From positions 1 to 63,653 of the forward strand of contig JAHITZ010000046.1 of NCBI GenBank assembly GCA_018817405.1: 63,653 nucleotides of DNA. Reading direction: 5' to 3'. Origin of the DNA: Nanobdellota archaeon (GTDB lineage: Archaea > Nanobdellota > Nanobdellia > Pacearchaeales > GW2011-AR1). Below the pieces are notes generated by a model. It was not told where the DNA came from. It was given only the letters and a program-made list of their open reading frames with translations, and ran no database searches. A program made the position numbers and the translations under genes. Shown here piece after piece: positions 19,381 through 30,340 of the stretch (the stretch's first letter is position 1; every line of letters starts with the position of its first letter).

Positions 19381-19719
19381 TTAACTAATCCTCGTCCCTA
19401 CTTCCATCGAATTATCAATCTCCAGAATCTTCACCACGCTCTTATCCTCGCTCACACCAGCCAATATCATCCCATTACTCTCAACCCCTCGCAATGAAAC
19501 AGGCTCAAGATTCGCAACAAAAATCGTCTTCTTCCCAACCAAATCCTCAGCAGAATAAAAACCCTTCAACCCCGCCACAATCGTCCTCTCATCACCCTCC
19601 CCCAAATCAACAGTCAACACAAGCAACTTGTCCGCATTCGGATGGTCTTCCACTTTCTTTATCTCCCCAACTCGCATATCCAACTTTGCAAAATCTCCAA
19701 ATGGAATTTTCTCTACCAT
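19381..19719 (-). CDS. tRNA-binding domain protein (Trbp111/MetRS C-terminal-like)
   Basis: DFAKLDMRVG, HPNADKL, ANLEP, GVESNGM motifs. Confidence 0.93.
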   Translation of the reverse strand: MVEKIPFGDFAKLDMRVGEIKKVEDHPNADKLLVLTVDLGEGDERTIVAGLKGFYSAEDLVGKKTIFVANLEPVSLRGVESNGMILAGVSEDKSVVKILEIDNSMEVGTRIS

Positions 19720-19822
19720 CCAAACTTCAGTCAAAAACAGTTTTTATATTTTTGTGTATTAATTCTTCTAACTAATAAAACTAATCAAAACATTCGATAA
19801 AAATAAAAAATAAAAAATAAAT

Positions 19823-20266
19823 TTAAGCCTTTCCAGTTATCGTGCCAGTTGATGACAATGGCAACTCACTTCCAGTCCTTGTAAACAAAATTTCAACATC
19901 TGCATTAACTGTATCACCGGCAGAAAAACTGCAGGTATTAAAATTTAGTATTTGTGTAGCTCCTGCGGCCAATGCTCCTGTTCCAGTAGCAGCAGCACAA
20001 GTTCCTTCTGCTGGCGTATTAACTGTTACACTAGCAGCAGTAGTAATCATAGACTCTCCACCATTATTCTTAATTTCCAGCTGAATCTGCGTTGGAGAAA
20101 TAGTGGCACCCATTGCATACAAGGGAGCAGTTACAATTGCACTCTCTGTAACCAAAGTACTAGGCCTAAAGTAAATCGCAAGCACACCAATAACAATTAT
20201 AGCTGCCAAAATAGCCCAGCCATAAGTCATCAAAAATTCCATAGCTGCCTGTCCTTTTCTTTTCAT
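19823..20266 (-). CDS. type IV pilin-like protein (class III signal peptide)
   Basis: MKRKG|QAAMEFLMTYGWAIL; strong GGAGG RBS. Confidence 0.9.
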   Translation of the reverse strand: MKRKGQAAMEFLMTYGWAILAAIIVIGVLAIYFRPSTLVTESAIVTAPLYAMGATISPTQIQLEIKNNGGESMITTAASVTVNTPAEGTCAAATGTGALAAGATQILNFNTCSFSAGDTVNADVEILFTRTGSELPLSSTGTITGKA

Positions 20267-20339
20267 GTTTAACCTCCTTTTAAAATCTTAAATCAACAAA
20301 AACAAAGAACTTTATAAACATTACCCTTCTTATTAAAAA

Positions 20340-20912
20340 ATGAAAACATCGACTTTCATAATTCTAATTGTCTTTGCAATGATAGTAATCTCCACTCTAA
20401 TCATTTCAATCTCAAAAAATCCCCAACAAACTATAACTCTTTTTTCAACAAAAGAAAACAGTCTTTCAACAGAAACACAAACTTCCCCTCCACCACAGCA
20501 ATCCCCAACAAACTCAGAGCCTTACCAAAATTCAAAAAAAGATTCATCTGAACTCTCTCAATCCACTGACCAAACCGCAAACTGCGACCCAAAACAAATT
20601 CCCTATACATTATTCGATTTCCAAAAAGTTCAAGTCTGCTTGCAGTATCAACAAACAACCTGTATTGAAAAACAAATCACATGCTCGGCAAAAATAAAAA
20701 ACCTTGACCTAACTCAGGGAGGCGAATTCACTGTGAAAATAAAACTACTTGGAGAACAAACAGAAGACTTAATTGAAGAATTTTTAGTCTCAGAAACAAT
20801 CCAGCCAAAACAAGAAGAAACATTCCTACATCAATTCCAAGTCACTGGCATACAAGCAGATCAAGAATTTTCCTGCTCAATCATCACAGAAAAAATCCCG
20901 ACAAAATGTTAA
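20340..20912 (+). CDS. membrane-anchored Ig-like hypothetical protein
   Basis: TM, S/T/P/Q linker, Cys-containing beta domain. Confidence 0.75.
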   Translation: MKTSTFIILIVFAMIVISTLIISISKNPQQTITLFSTKENSLSTETQTSPPPQQSPTNSEPYQNSKKDSSELSQSTDQTANCDPKQIPYTLFDFQKVQVCLQYQQTTCIEKQITCSAKIKNLDLTQGGEFTVKIKLLGEQTEDLIEEFLVSETIQPKQEETFLHQFQVTGIQADQEFSCSIITEKIPTKC

Positions 20913-20914
20913 TT

Positions 20915-21040
20915 GTCAAGACGTCAAGATTTTCAAATCTTGATTGCCGTCAAGAATGTAATTGCCAACATTCTTAAGGTTTACATTTACTTTCTCACGA
21001 ACTAAAGTAAGAAGTTTATGTAAAATGCAAATCTTGATGT
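20915..21040. repeat. palindromic family C, copy 2
   Basis: 26-nt exact match CATTTACTTTCTCACGAACTAAAGTA (20984-21009 = 15304-15329); extra hairpins TCAAGATTT/AAATCTTGA and AAGAATGT/ACATTCTT. Confidence 0.8.
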
Positions 21041-21041
21041 A

Positions 21042-21938
21042 TTAAATACAACTCACCCCATAAATTCCTGTGTGTTCAGGATTGTCAAGTCTAAACCAAT
21101 CCGGCATTCCAGAAATTTGACAACCATCAACAGGGCTGTTTGAAAAATAAGTATAATCAACAACAGACTTCCCAGCTTTTGCAGGAATACCTTGCTGAGC
21201 CAACTCTTGCAGATTAACCAAAGACTCAATGCCGCTCGCGCCTCCATTGTTCACGCCCTTTAACCTGTCCAAAAAGCTCGGTCCAGTATCAGACTGAATA
21301 TACCATGAATTCAAGGCATGGTCTTCAAAATAAGAAAGATTACCCTGCACAAATTTATTCAAAATCTTTCCCTGAGTATCAACAGCATAAAGAGGGTCAT
21401 CAAAAGTTTCAATAGGGACATAAGCATTAAACGTCTGAACTCTGTCCCACAGAACCAAATTTGTCTCATCTTCAATAACAACATCAACAGTCAAGCTAAT
21501 CTTCACATGCCAAGGAGAATCCTGTGAAATATTAAATAAAGGATTGCCTAAACTCACATTTGCATTAACCCTTCCTGCTTTCAAATTCAGATTATCAACA
21601 GTATCATTAAACATCACACCATTCATTAAACTATCAGAAGTCCCTTCAAAAGTGCCATAAAAAAACAACTCGTCTGCCTTCAAGTCTAAATTACTAATAA
21701 CCGAACCAGTCTCAAAAATCTCTCTCTCAAAAATGAACAAAATCCTATACCCAGAAGTATAAAGTTGCCTAGGCATGTCATCTTCAACAGCCAAAACAAA
21801 ATTATTCAGCGTTTCAACCCTATCCTCCACCGCTTTCCTCTCCCTAAAACTTGGAATAAAGGCAAACGACACAATAAAAATTGAAATAATAACTATCGTT
21901 AACAAAGTAAAAAACATCCCTCTCTTGTTCAATACCAT
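21042..21938 (-). CDS. pilin-like/pilus accessory protein
   Basis: NKRG|MFFTL class III-like signal; DPLY and GPSFLDRL motifs. Confidence 0.8.
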   Translation of the reverse strand: MVLNKRGMFFTLLTIVIISIFIVSFAFIPSFRERKAVEDRVETLNNFVLAVEDDMPRQLYTSGYRILFIFEREIFETGSVISNLDLKADELFFYGTFEGTSDSLMNGVMFNDTVDNLNLKAGRVNANVSLGNPLFNISQDSPWHVKISLTVDVVIEDETNLVLWDRVQTFNAYVPIETFDDPLYAVDTQGKILNKFVQGNLSYFEDHALNSWYIQSDTGPSFLDRLKGVNNGGASGIESLVNLQELAQQGIPAKAGKSVVDYTYFSNSPVDGCQISGMPDWFRLDNPEHTGIYGVSCI

Positions 21939-24433
21939 ATTCTCGCTTGCACCTCTGCTTCTAACACAATAGGAATTCCACTCGTTTCACTCAATGAAAT
22001 CTCTAATTGCTGCTCAGTAAAAATCAAATCAATCTTTCCATCTGAATCCAAATCAAGATTGCTCAAAAGCTCCCAAACCGCTGAATTATAAGCATCGTTC
22101 CAATCCTGTAAATCATGCGAAGTTTCATTATAAACACAAACACTTCCATCGACATAAGACGAAGGAATCGTAACTTCCATATCAGAATCATCTTCAAATT
22201 GTATTCTCCAATTACAACCATAAGCAACCGGCTCGATATCAGAAAACGCAGAGGCATTTCTCTTCAAAGTATAAATTATTTTATTTGATTCCGAACCAGC
22301 AGAACTATTTGTAGGACTTGTCCCGGTCGTAACATTAACAAAATTATCTCCTTCAAACACTAACGAGGCAGGAATATTTATAATGTAGGGATCTCCCAAC
22401 AAGATATAATCACTCCCATAATCACTTAGCATATAAACATCATTTCCATCTATCTTGACATTATCAGTCCATCTCGGCCCAGAATAAGAAGCAACTTCAA
22501 CTTCCAAAACTTCTGCTCCAGAAGGCACATAAAAACTACCTGAATAAGCATTATCAAATTCTTCTTCGGCAGTTATCACCAAACCATAAAGTTCAACTGT
22601 GTTGTTATAATCAAACTCAATATACGAATCTGGAAAAAGTTTCATATAAACGCCGCCAGCAACATCAACTGTTTGTTCAGCATAAGTAGTGAGAATCTCG
22701 TTTGCAATTTGCTGATAGATTTGTTCCAACCCTTCAATAGTAGAATAAGTATAAGTTCCATTTGCACATTGAGCCATAGACTCCAAAGTTGCCTCGTCGG
22801 CCTGAGGACCAAAACCAATTGTATACACAACAATGCCATGATTGTTATAAGCATCACAAGCAGATTGAATAGCATTTTGCGTTGCACTGCCTCCTCCTTG
22901 CTCTGAACACGGCCTATTCGCTTGTCCGTCACTCATCACAATCAAAGATCTAAACTTATCAGAAGTAGAATCACTAACCAAATCATCAACAGCGCTGTTC
23001 ACACCACAGCAAATACAAGTCGCTCCGACAGCTTGCCAACTATCAATTTTATCTTTTAATGAAACAACATCTCTCGACAAAGCATGATAATCTTCTGCAT
23101 AAGCTTGCTCCTTATAGCCAACCAGTCCAATTCTGCTGTTTGATGTATTCAAGATAATATCAACAAATAATTTATTCGCATCTTTGGAGTCATAGGCCAT
23201 GCTCTGACAGATTCCCCCACAACTTTCACAATTTGGCTGATTATTATTACACCCTCCAGAAAACAAACAACACCAAAACCCAGCCCCAGAACAAGTGCCG
23301 CACATACTTCCGGACAAATCAGTTACAGAAAAAACATCAATGTCTCTTGTCTCTCCAGTAAAAGAAGCATTCCTTAACCCCAATCTAATCGGAACTGTCT
23401 CTCTGCTCAAAGAAGCATAATCCAGGAGAGAAGAAAGTTCAGAATTAAGTATCGTTATCGTTTCTTCGCCAGTTGTATTGCCTTCATAAACCGCAACATC
23501 TCCAAGATTCAAAAAGGGACTTGCTTCAGGACTATCCAAATGCAAACTAATGCTCATGCCCTCAATCTCTCCAGGAACATAAAAACCATCATACAAATTA
23601 ACAACACCTTCGATTCCTGGAAAATAATATCTTTCTGGCTGCTCGTAAACAACATCGCTGTTATAAACAATTTTAACAAATCCTCCTGCCACATACAAAT
23701 CATCGCCGCGTAACTCAACCACGTTTGCTCCAGAAACAAAAGAATCAACGGGAAGACTATACCTCTCAGGTGTAAATTCAGAACTTGATTTTTCATAACT
23801 TCCCATAGTATTAGTATTTACATATAAGACAAAATCCTTGTCTATTGCAATCTCCAATTCAGCAGAACTAATTGTTCCAGAATAATCAACTTCCAAAGAC
23901 ACATTTCCATCTCCAACATAACCGCCAAAATAAAAATAATCTTGTCTCAACCCGCTTGCCAAAGATGCCCGCGCGGCAAATCCAGTTACATTTTCTCCTT
24001 GTTTCAGACTAGAAATAAACCGCCTCGATGTAACCACCTTTTCAGCTGTTCCAATCGACGTAATATTTTTACTATAAATCAGCTTGTTTCCAACCCAAAT
24101 TCCAAAGTTTTCATTCCCAAACTCTAGTTCAGACATCATATTTTCTGCAAATGCCCGAGCCATATCTACATCATAAACAGAAAACTCACCAATCTGCTCC
24201 AACAAACTACTTGTTGGATTATTAATTTCTCCAGAATCAATCAAAGTCTGAACATAAGCATTATTAATTTCTTCAACTTTTAAACTCGACAAAACTGTTA
24301 AAACATCAGAAGGCAGTTCGCTATCAGCTTCCAAAGAAGAATAAATCGGATAAAACACAACCAAAACCAAAAAAATTAAAGCAAGAGCTATCAAAGCATC
24401 TACGCTGAAAAAAAATCCTCTTTTTTCTTCCAT
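21929..24433 (-). CDS. vWA-domain pilus adhesin
   Basis: KRG|FFFSVDA signal; DLSGSM MIDAS, MSDG, YTIGFG. Confidence 0.88.
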   Translation of the reverse strand: MEEKRGFFFSVDALIALALIFLVLVVFYPIYSSLEADSELPSDVLTVLSSLKVEEINNAYVQTLIDSGEINNPTSSLLEQIGEFSVYDVDMARAFAENMMSELEFGNENFGIWVGNKLIYSKNITSIGTAEKVVTSRRFISSLKQGENVTGFAARASLASGLRQDYFYFGGYVGDGNVSLEVDYSGTISSAELEIAIDKDFVLYVNTNTMGSYEKSSSEFTPERYSLPVDSFVSGANVVELRGDDLYVAGGFVKIVYNSDVVYEQPERYYFPGIEGVVNLYDGFYVPGEIEGMSISLHLDSPEASPFLNLGDVAVYEGNTTGEETITILNSELSSLLDYASLSRETVPIRLGLRNASFTGETRDIDVFSVTDLSGSMCGTCSGAGFWCCLFSGGCNNNQPNCESCGGICQSMAYDSKDANKLFVDIILNTSNSRIGLVGYKEQAYAEDYHALSRDVVSLKDKIDSWQAVGATCICCGVNSAVDDLVSDSTSDKFRSLIVMSDGQANRPCSEQGGGSATQNAIQSACDAYNNHGIVVYTIGFGPQADEATLESMAQCANGTYTYSTIEGLEQIYQQIANEILTTYAEQTVDVAGGVYMKLFPDSYIEFDYNNTVELYGLVITAEEEFDNAYSGSFYVPSGAEVLEVEVASYSGPRWTDNVKIDGNDVYMLSDYGSDYILLGDPYIINIPASLVFEGDNFVNVTTGTSPTNSSAGSESNKIIYTLKRNASAFSDIEPVAYGCNWRIQFEDDSDMEVTIPSSYVDGSVCVYNETSHDLQDWNDAYNSAVWELLSNLDLDSDGKIDLIFTEQQLEISLSETSGIPIVLEAEVQARIWY

Positions 24434-24440
24434 ATCAATT

Positions 24441-24911
24441 TTAATCAGATAAATATATACTTAATGTTATCGGCTCACCATTATAAGAGCTCACTCTTCT
24501 TACAACTGCTAAATTCTCAGATCCATCATCCATATTCCCAACTCCGCTAACCCCCCCAGAAACATTCAATTCTTTCGAGAAATTAATGTAGTAATCATGC
24601 CTTATATTAAACAACTCCTTTGTTGTGTCATAATCTAAAAGAAGAAAATTCTGCAGTTTCGTTTCATTAATCTTTCCTTCACTATCTAAAATCCCGATTA
24701 TCACAACATCGCTAGGATCCCAATTTTTCGGACTTCCTTCTGAAAGCAAACTTTCTCCTATCAATTTACCTTCAAAAACCAGCTCCTGTGAAATCTCTTC
24801 ATCCTGCCCGGAAAAATTCAAAGCGAAAAAATAAAATGTGACAATCGCTACTGTGAAAATCATAAAACCAACAATAAGATCAAACCCCCAGGCCTGCGCT
24901 TCTTTTCTCAT
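24441..24911 (-). CDS. minor pilin-like protein
   Basis: KEA|QAWGFD signal, GSPKNW motif. Confidence 0.8.
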   Translation of the reverse strand: MRKEAQAWGFDLIVGFMIFTVAIVTFYFFALNFSGQDEEISQELVFEGKLIGESLLSEGSPKNWDPSDVVIIGILDSEGKINETKLQNFLLLDYDTTKELFNIRHDYYINFSKELNVSGGVSGVGNMDDGSENLAVVRRVSSYNGEPITLSIYLSD

Positions 24912-24920
24912 TATGCAACT

Positions 24921-25733
24921 CTATTTTGAACTAACAAATTTTTTGTTAATATTTATTCCCTCATTCTCAATCTCAAAAATATAAATTTTCGAAGAATGTT
25001 TTGTTCCCCTCATCTTAACAATCTCAAACCGTCTTTGCCGTGCACCTTTAGCTTTTACAAAATACAGCAGAATAATTGAATCAACTTCAAACTCCAAAGC
25101 TCTTGAATGCAAATTTCCCTCATCAACAGATTCCTCCAAAGTTACCAGTGCTGTAGCCTCCCAATCTCGGATCAGACCAAACAAAGCCAAAGCAGCTTCT
25201 CTCTTTGCCAATTCATCTTCAAACAAAAGCTCGAAAGAAGTTATGCTGTCAATAACAATTCTCGAAATCTTTTTTTTCAAAATTATACTTTCAATTGTCC
25301 CCCCTCCCTCTTCCAGCATTGCCTTAACTTTTATAGGAGTATATTCCAAAAATGTAAAAAGCCCTTTCTTCTCGCATTCTTCAAGATTCCATCCAAACTT
25401 CAGCATGTTGCTATAAAACCGCTCCTTCTTCTCTTCGAAAGTTACATACAAACATTTTTCTCCCTTTTTAATTCCATCAATTAAAAACTGCGTTGCAAAG
25501 ATAGTTTTTCCAATCCCAGAACTGCCAACAACCATATTTGTAGAATCTTTCTCAAACCCTCCTTGAATCAATCCATCAAAGTTAGGAATGCCTGTAGTCA
25601 CTCTTTCCAAACTTTTGTTGCCTGATTTTTTCACAACTTTCCCAACAGGTGCTTTCTTCATCTTCTTGACCAATTTTTTCTTTTTCCCAAAACTCTGCTT
25701 CTTTTTAGAAACTTTCTTCTTTTTTTTGGTCAT
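24921..25733 (-). CDS. KaiC/RecA-superfamily ATPase with Lys-rich N-terminus
   Basis: TGIPNFD, GSSGIGKT, TFEE, IDSIT, KMRGT. Confidence 0.9.
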   Translation of the reverse strand: MTKKKKKVSKKKQSFGKKKKLVKKMKKAPVGKVVKKSGNKSLERVTTGIPNFDGLIQGGFEKDSTNMVVGSSGIGKTIFATQFLIDGIKKGEKCLYVTFEEKKERFYSNMLKFGWNLEECEKKGLFTFLEYTPIKVKAMLEEGGGTIESIILKKKISRIVIDSITSFELLFEDELAKREAALALFGLIRDWEATALVTLEESVDEGNLHSRALEFEVDSIILLYFVKAKGARQRRFEIVKMRGTKHSSKIYIFEIENEGININKKFVSSK

Positions 25734-25767
25734 TAGTTATAAAACAAACCCACCTATAAAAACTTAA

Positions 25768-26778
25768 CTAAGCAAAAACTCCTGAAAAGTATTTTAGTAT
25801 AACTATTCGTGAAACAAAAAATACTGCCAAACTTACAAAAATCAAAGGAAGAACGAATCTAATCCCTTCCCTTTCCTTCCCTCGACTCACCAAACCCAAA
25901 ACCATTGAAGCCAATATATCTGTCACTATAACAAACAAAATAGAAAAATAAACAACAAAATTCACAGATATATTAATTTCTGTCAAAGTAAATGGCAGAT
26001 TAACTTGAACCTGCTGGCTAGGTAAATTAGACAAAATGCCTGTTAAAATCTCCACCAACACCGAAGACAAACCAAAAAGAAGAGGTGCGCCTATTGCGAC
26101 AGCAAAAAAGATAAAAATCACATACATCAAAACATTTGATGCAGCTCTTTTTTCAACAAAATTCCTCTCCCTCATATATGTTGCAGTCTCTTCAAGTAAA
26201 ACAGACAAATTCCCGCCAGCACTCATTCCAGATGTAATGAGAGTAATCGTCTTTGAAATCTTATCAGAATTTATTCTTTTAGCCATATCATTCAAGGCGA
26301 CATTAACCTTTTTCCCAGTCACAATATCCTTTCCTGTCTGCATAATTTCCTTATCTAAGGGTGCGAATTCACTTCGAGAGCTCAAAATCAAAGAGTGGTC
26401 AATAGTCATCCCTGCACGCAAATTTGAAGCCATTAAAGAGATAAAATCCGGAAAAACTTCCTCCATCTTTTTGATTCTCTCGGAAATTCTCAATTTCTTC
26501 TTAGCAAAAAAATAAATCTGAAACAACCCAACTAAAAAGACAAAACTTATTGCAAGATACATCCAAGTAATAGTAAAATAAAAAATCCCTGCCCATAAAA
26601 TCACAGCAACCAAAAACCACCGTACATACTTAAAATTAAATTTCTTTCTTTTTTTGGGATGAACAAAATCTCCTTTCTTCATTTTACTAAGCTTTTCTTG
26701 TAAATCGCCTTTTGCAACTTCCTCTTTATTCTTCAATTCCTTCTTAAACTCTTTATCTTTTTTAGATTTCTTTTTCAT
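25768..26778 (-). CDS. T2SSF/TadC-like pilus platform protein
   Basis: FPDFISLMASNLRAGMT, SAGGNLS, multiple TM helices. Confidence 0.9.
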   Translation of the reverse strand: MKKKSKKDKEFKKELKNKEEVAKGDLQEKLSKMKKGDFVHPKKRKKFNFKYVRWFLVAVILWAGIFYFTITWMYLAISFVFLVGLFQIYFFAKKKLRISERIKKMEEVFPDFISLMASNLRAGMTIDHSLILSSRSEFAPLDKEIMQTGKDIVTGKKVNVALNDMAKRINSDKISKTITLITSGMSAGGNLSVLLEETATYMRERNFVEKRAASNVLMYVIFIFFAVAIGAPLLFGLSSVLVEILTGILSNLPSQQVQVNLPFTLTEINISVNFVVYFSILFVIVTDILASMVLGLVSRGKEREGIRFVLPLIFVSLAVFFVSRIVILKYFSGVFA

Positions 26779-27656
26779 AATAGACTCGGTCTGATTGATT
26801 TAATTACTCCAAGAAACATAAACTGCGCAAACACTACAAAAACAAAAAGCACACCAAACAGACTCATAGTAGTTATTTTATTTAAGTTTATCAACGAAGA
26901 AATAATTGTTAAAAATGTTATCGCCAACGCCGGAAGAATAACTGTCATCAGCATATAAAACATAATACTAGGATTCAACTTATTTCCGTAATTTTGAATC
27001 TGAATCAATTGCTCTTCATTTAAACTTTTTATGCTGTCTTTAATGACGATAGAAATATCGCTCCCAGCACGCATACCATTGCTAATCTGCCACAATGCCC
27101 TCCTAAAAAATAAAGAGGGATTCTTCTCCGCAATTTCTTCAAGCACATCTGACTGCGGAATCCCGGCATTTATCTTTCTTACAATTTTCTTAAACTCTTC
27201 ACTCAAAGCACCATAATCAGACGAAGAAATATTCACAAGAATGCTAAAAAGAGGAATTCCTGAAGTCAATTGCACCAAAACATCTTGCAGCGCAGAAAGA
27301 ATATTCCCCTCAATTTCTCGTTGTTTTCTCGTAATGAAAACCTTGGGATAAACCCTCCGACTAAAAAACACAAAACCAGAAAAAAGAACACTCATTCCTA
27401 ACGCCAACAATAGGGAATGTGAAACTTTCAACAAAACAAGAGTACTGGAAGCAAGAACAAAAACAAACAAAAAGGAATAAACCATCCCCCTCAAACAAAT
27501 AGCAGTATACTCTCGTCCAGTAATATCCAAATCAGACATCTCTAATTGTTTAGTAAGTTTTGAATTCTCTTTCTCTCTCACAAACCTAGTAAAAAAATTA
27601 GACTTTTTCTTTAACTTTTCTATCGGAGCAAACGAAAAAGGAATTTTAAATTTCAT
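26775..27656 (-). CDS. T2SSF/TadB-like pilus platform protein
   Basis: SGIPLF, YGALSEEF, YGNKLNP, TM helices. Confidence 0.88.
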   Translation of the reverse strand: MKFKIPFSFAPIEKLKKKSNFFTRFVREKENSKLTKQLEMSDLDITGREYTAICLRGMVYSFLFVFVLASSTLVLLKVSHSLLLALGMSVLFSGFVFFSRRVYPKVFITRKQREIEGNILSALQDVLVQLTSGIPLFSILVNISSSDYGALSEEFKKIVRKINAGIPQSDVLEEIAEKNPSLFFRRALWQISNGMRAGSDISIVIKDSIKSLNEEQLIQIQNYGNKLNPSIMFYMLMTVILPALAITFLTIISSLINLNKITTMSLFGVLFVFVVFAQFMFLGVIKSIRPSLL

Positions 27657-27657
27657 C

Positions 27658-29358
27658 TTACTCCTTCAAGATAAGGTCTTTATCTCCCTTATTAACAGCA
27701 TTTTTTAAGATTTCTTTGTTTTTGTAGTAAAGATTCATAACTTTTCCAAAGCCATTTAAATCTCGGATATTTTCTTTTATGAGCCACGAAAATATTTTCT
27801 TTTTCTCCTCCAAATCTTTTTTCAATTCCATTTGGGACATCCCTGTATTGCGGGAAATATCTTCAAAAAATCTCGAGCTTTCGCTATGTTTTTTAATTTT
27901 GTCCTGCTCTGGAACCCACCTATATAAGATATTTGCCCGCGCTTCATCCTTAGTTGCTTCAAATTCTGCAATCTGGAAAATTCTCCTAATTCCTTTCCGC
28001 CTATCCCTGAACATAACAACGTTCAAATTAACTGCCTTTAACAAATTAGATGGTACATTTAAAGGAGGATTCACTAGCCGAGAAATTGTTTCGGCAGCGG
28101 TGTCAGCGTGTACAGTTGCATAAACTGCATGCCCTGTATGCATCGCCTCAAACAAAACCATCGCTTCCATCGCCTTTCTCATCTCACCCAAAACAATCTT
28201 GTCAGGTCGCATTCTCAAACTATTAATCAACAAATCTAACATTGAGACTTCCCCCTTACCTTCAGGATTAGCTGTCCTTGTAACCAATGGAGTCCAGTAC
28301 AAAAACTCTGGAAGCATTAACTCTCTAGTATCTTCAATGCTAATAATTCTCTGGTTCGGAGGAATGAAAGGCATGCACGCATTCAAAAAAGAAGTCTTTC
28401 CAGAGCCAGTACCTCCAGAAATTAAAATATTCATCTCGAATTCAATCGCCAACCACAGTAGAGATGCCGTATCAATATCACAAGTCTTGTTATTAATTAA
28501 GTCAACCATCGTGAAAGGATCTCTCGCGAACTTTCTTATCGTAATTGTATTCCCTTTAGTATTAACAGGATATAACACAGCATTAATTCTATCTCCAGTA
28601 ACTAAATGTGCGTCCAACAAAGGAGTCAAAACTGTTATCTGTCTTCCGACTCTTCTAGCAATAATGTTTGCGTAATTAACAATATCTTCCTCTTTGTCTA
28701 TGAAAATGTTAGTCATTAACCACCCATACTTCTTAGAAAAAACTCTAATCGGCTCTTTCGAAGAAGTCAAAACAATCTCCTCTAAATTGGGATCATCAAC
28801 TAAAAACTCAATTTTTCCAAGCCCCAACATCTCCTGCATCAGCATCCCAATCAAAAAGTTCTCAACACCTTCATCAATCTTCGGCAATTTTTCATTCAAA
28901 AGTTTTTTAGCATCGACCATAAACCTTTTTTTTATCGAAGAAAGTGCTGCAGGGTCGACTAATTCTTTCATACTGATTGTTGTAATGGAAATTAAATCAT
29001 TTCTAAGAATATTCAACAAAGTCAGCGTCGCCGGACTTATTTCAGGAATATATAAATTGTATTTCAGACCCAGCGAATCTTTCACAATCTCAACATTTAC
29101 TGTTGCGCCATCAACTTCAATTTCATAACTTTCAATTTTCTCTTTCTTTCCATCTGACTTACTATCTTTCTTATCTTCTACAATTTTCTTATCTTCTTTA
29201 TGCTCCTTCTCAACAAAGTTCCCAGAAACAACTTTTTTCTTCTTATCTGATTTCCTAAAGTCAATCATCACCTCAGACTTCTTGATATTCTCAATCTTCA
29301 CCTTTTTTTTATGCATCTTATCTATTTTCTTCTTTTTTGATTTAATCTTTTTTTTCAT
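27658..29358 (-). CDS. type II/IV secretion ATPase (VirB11/CpaF/FlaI-like)
   Basis: TIRKF, GGTGSGKT, IEDTREL, LRMRPD, GEMR, HTGH. Confidence 0.95.
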   Translation of the reverse strand: MKKKIKSKKKKIDKMHKKKVKIENIKKSEVMIDFRKSDKKKKVVSGNFVEKEHKEDKKIVEDKKDSKSDGKKEKIESYEIEVDGATVNVEIVKDSLGLKYNLYIPEISPATLTLLNILRNDLISITTISMKELVDPAALSSIKKRFMVDAKKLLNEKLPKIDEGVENFLIGMLMQEMLGLGKIEFLVDDPNLEEIVLTSSKEPIRVFSKKYGWLMTNIFIDKEEDIVNYANIIARRVGRQITVLTPLLDAHLVTGDRINAVLYPVNTKGNTITIRKFARDPFTMVDLINNKTCDIDTASLLWLAIEFEMNILISGGTGSGKTSFLNACMPFIPPNQRIISIEDTRELMLPEFLYWTPLVTRTANPEGKGEVSMLDLLINSLRMRPDKIVLGEMRKAMEAMVLFEAMHTGHAVYATVHADTAAETISRLVNPPLNVPSNLLKAVNLNVVMFRDRRKGIRRIFQIAEFEATKDEARANILYRWVPEQDKIKKHSESSRFFEDISRNTGMSQMELKKDLEEKKKIFSWLIKENIRDLNGFGKVMNLYYKNKEILKNAVNKGDKDLILKE

Positions 29359-29882
29359 GCCTCACCTTTTTTTAAAACAATCTCAGCATCACCAAATTTT
29401 CCATATTTAATATAAGCCAAATTCCCTTCCTCCAATGTCTCAGCCCAGTTCTTCACAATTTCCTCATCAACATTAAACGCTTTTGAAACTGTATTAAATC
29501 CAACACGAGACCTTTTTTGTAATATCTTATAAAGTTTATCTAAATCAGTAGAATTCTGTTCATGATACGTTTTCTTTAGCACTTGCAACTCACCAATCTC
29601 TCTTTTAAATTCTAATTTCCCTTTAAGAAAAATAACCAAAGCAAACACAATGATCAAAAACCACTCCCCGATAACTACCAGTCTTGAAATAGAACTCTTA
29701 ATAGGATACATGTTTAAAATATCGTCGCCAATATCGACTTTTCCAATTGAAAAGCCAGAAATGCTTTCTTTAGGCAAACCAACCAACTCTGTTTCATAAG
29801 ACAAAAAATGAACAGTGCTGTGTGAAAGAGCAACTAAGACAAACAACCACAAAAATATTTTCGCTACAACTCTTTTTTTCAT
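29355..29882 (-). CDS. membrane protein with C-terminal wHTH-like domain
   Basis: two TM helices; TDLDKLY...WAETLE. Confidence 0.7.
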   Translation of the reverse strand: MKKRVVAKIFLWLFVLVALSHSTVHFLSYETELVGLPKESISGFSIGKVDIGDDILNMYPIKSSISRLVVIGEWFLIIVFALVIFLKGKLEFKREIGELQVLKKTYHEQNSTDLDKLYKILQKRSRVGFNTVSKAFNVDEEIVKNWAETLEEGNLAYIKYGKFGDAEIVLKKGEA

Positions 29883-29932
29883 GTTTAATACAAATCAAGA
29901 AACTTTAAAACTTTAACTATCTATCTAATCTC

Positions 29933-30340
29933 ATGAAAAGAGGGCAAATAAGCGTTGAGTATCTTATGATTATTTCGTTTGTAACATTTGTAGTTCTTAC
30001 GATTTTAGGTATTTCTCTATTTTACTCAACGCAGATTCAAGATTCAATTAAGTTTAATCAGCTTGAAAGATTTGCTAGAAAAATAATTTCTGCTTCAGAA
30101 TCAACATTTTATGCAGGTCAACCTTCGAAAACAACAATCACAGCATACTTTCCACGTGGCGTCACATCTATCGAAATTATAGAAAACAGTCTAGTTTTTT
30201 CCGTAGAATCTGCAAGTGGCACCAGTGTAATCGCGTATGGGTCAAATGTTCCCATAGAAGGCACTTTGTCTTTCTCGTCTGGCCTGAAAAAGATTCAAAT
30301 AATTGCTCAAACAGATAAAATTGAAATCTCTGAAACTTAA
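29933..30340 (+). CDS. class III signal peptide pilin-like protein
   Basis: MKRG|QISVEY. Confidence 0.85.
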   Translation: MKRGQISVEYLMIISFVTFVVLTILGISLFYSTQIQDSIKFNQLERFARKIISASESTFYAGQPSKTTITAYFPRGVTSIEIIENSLVFSVESASGTSVIAYGSNVPIEGTLSFSSGLKKIQIIAQTDKIEISET

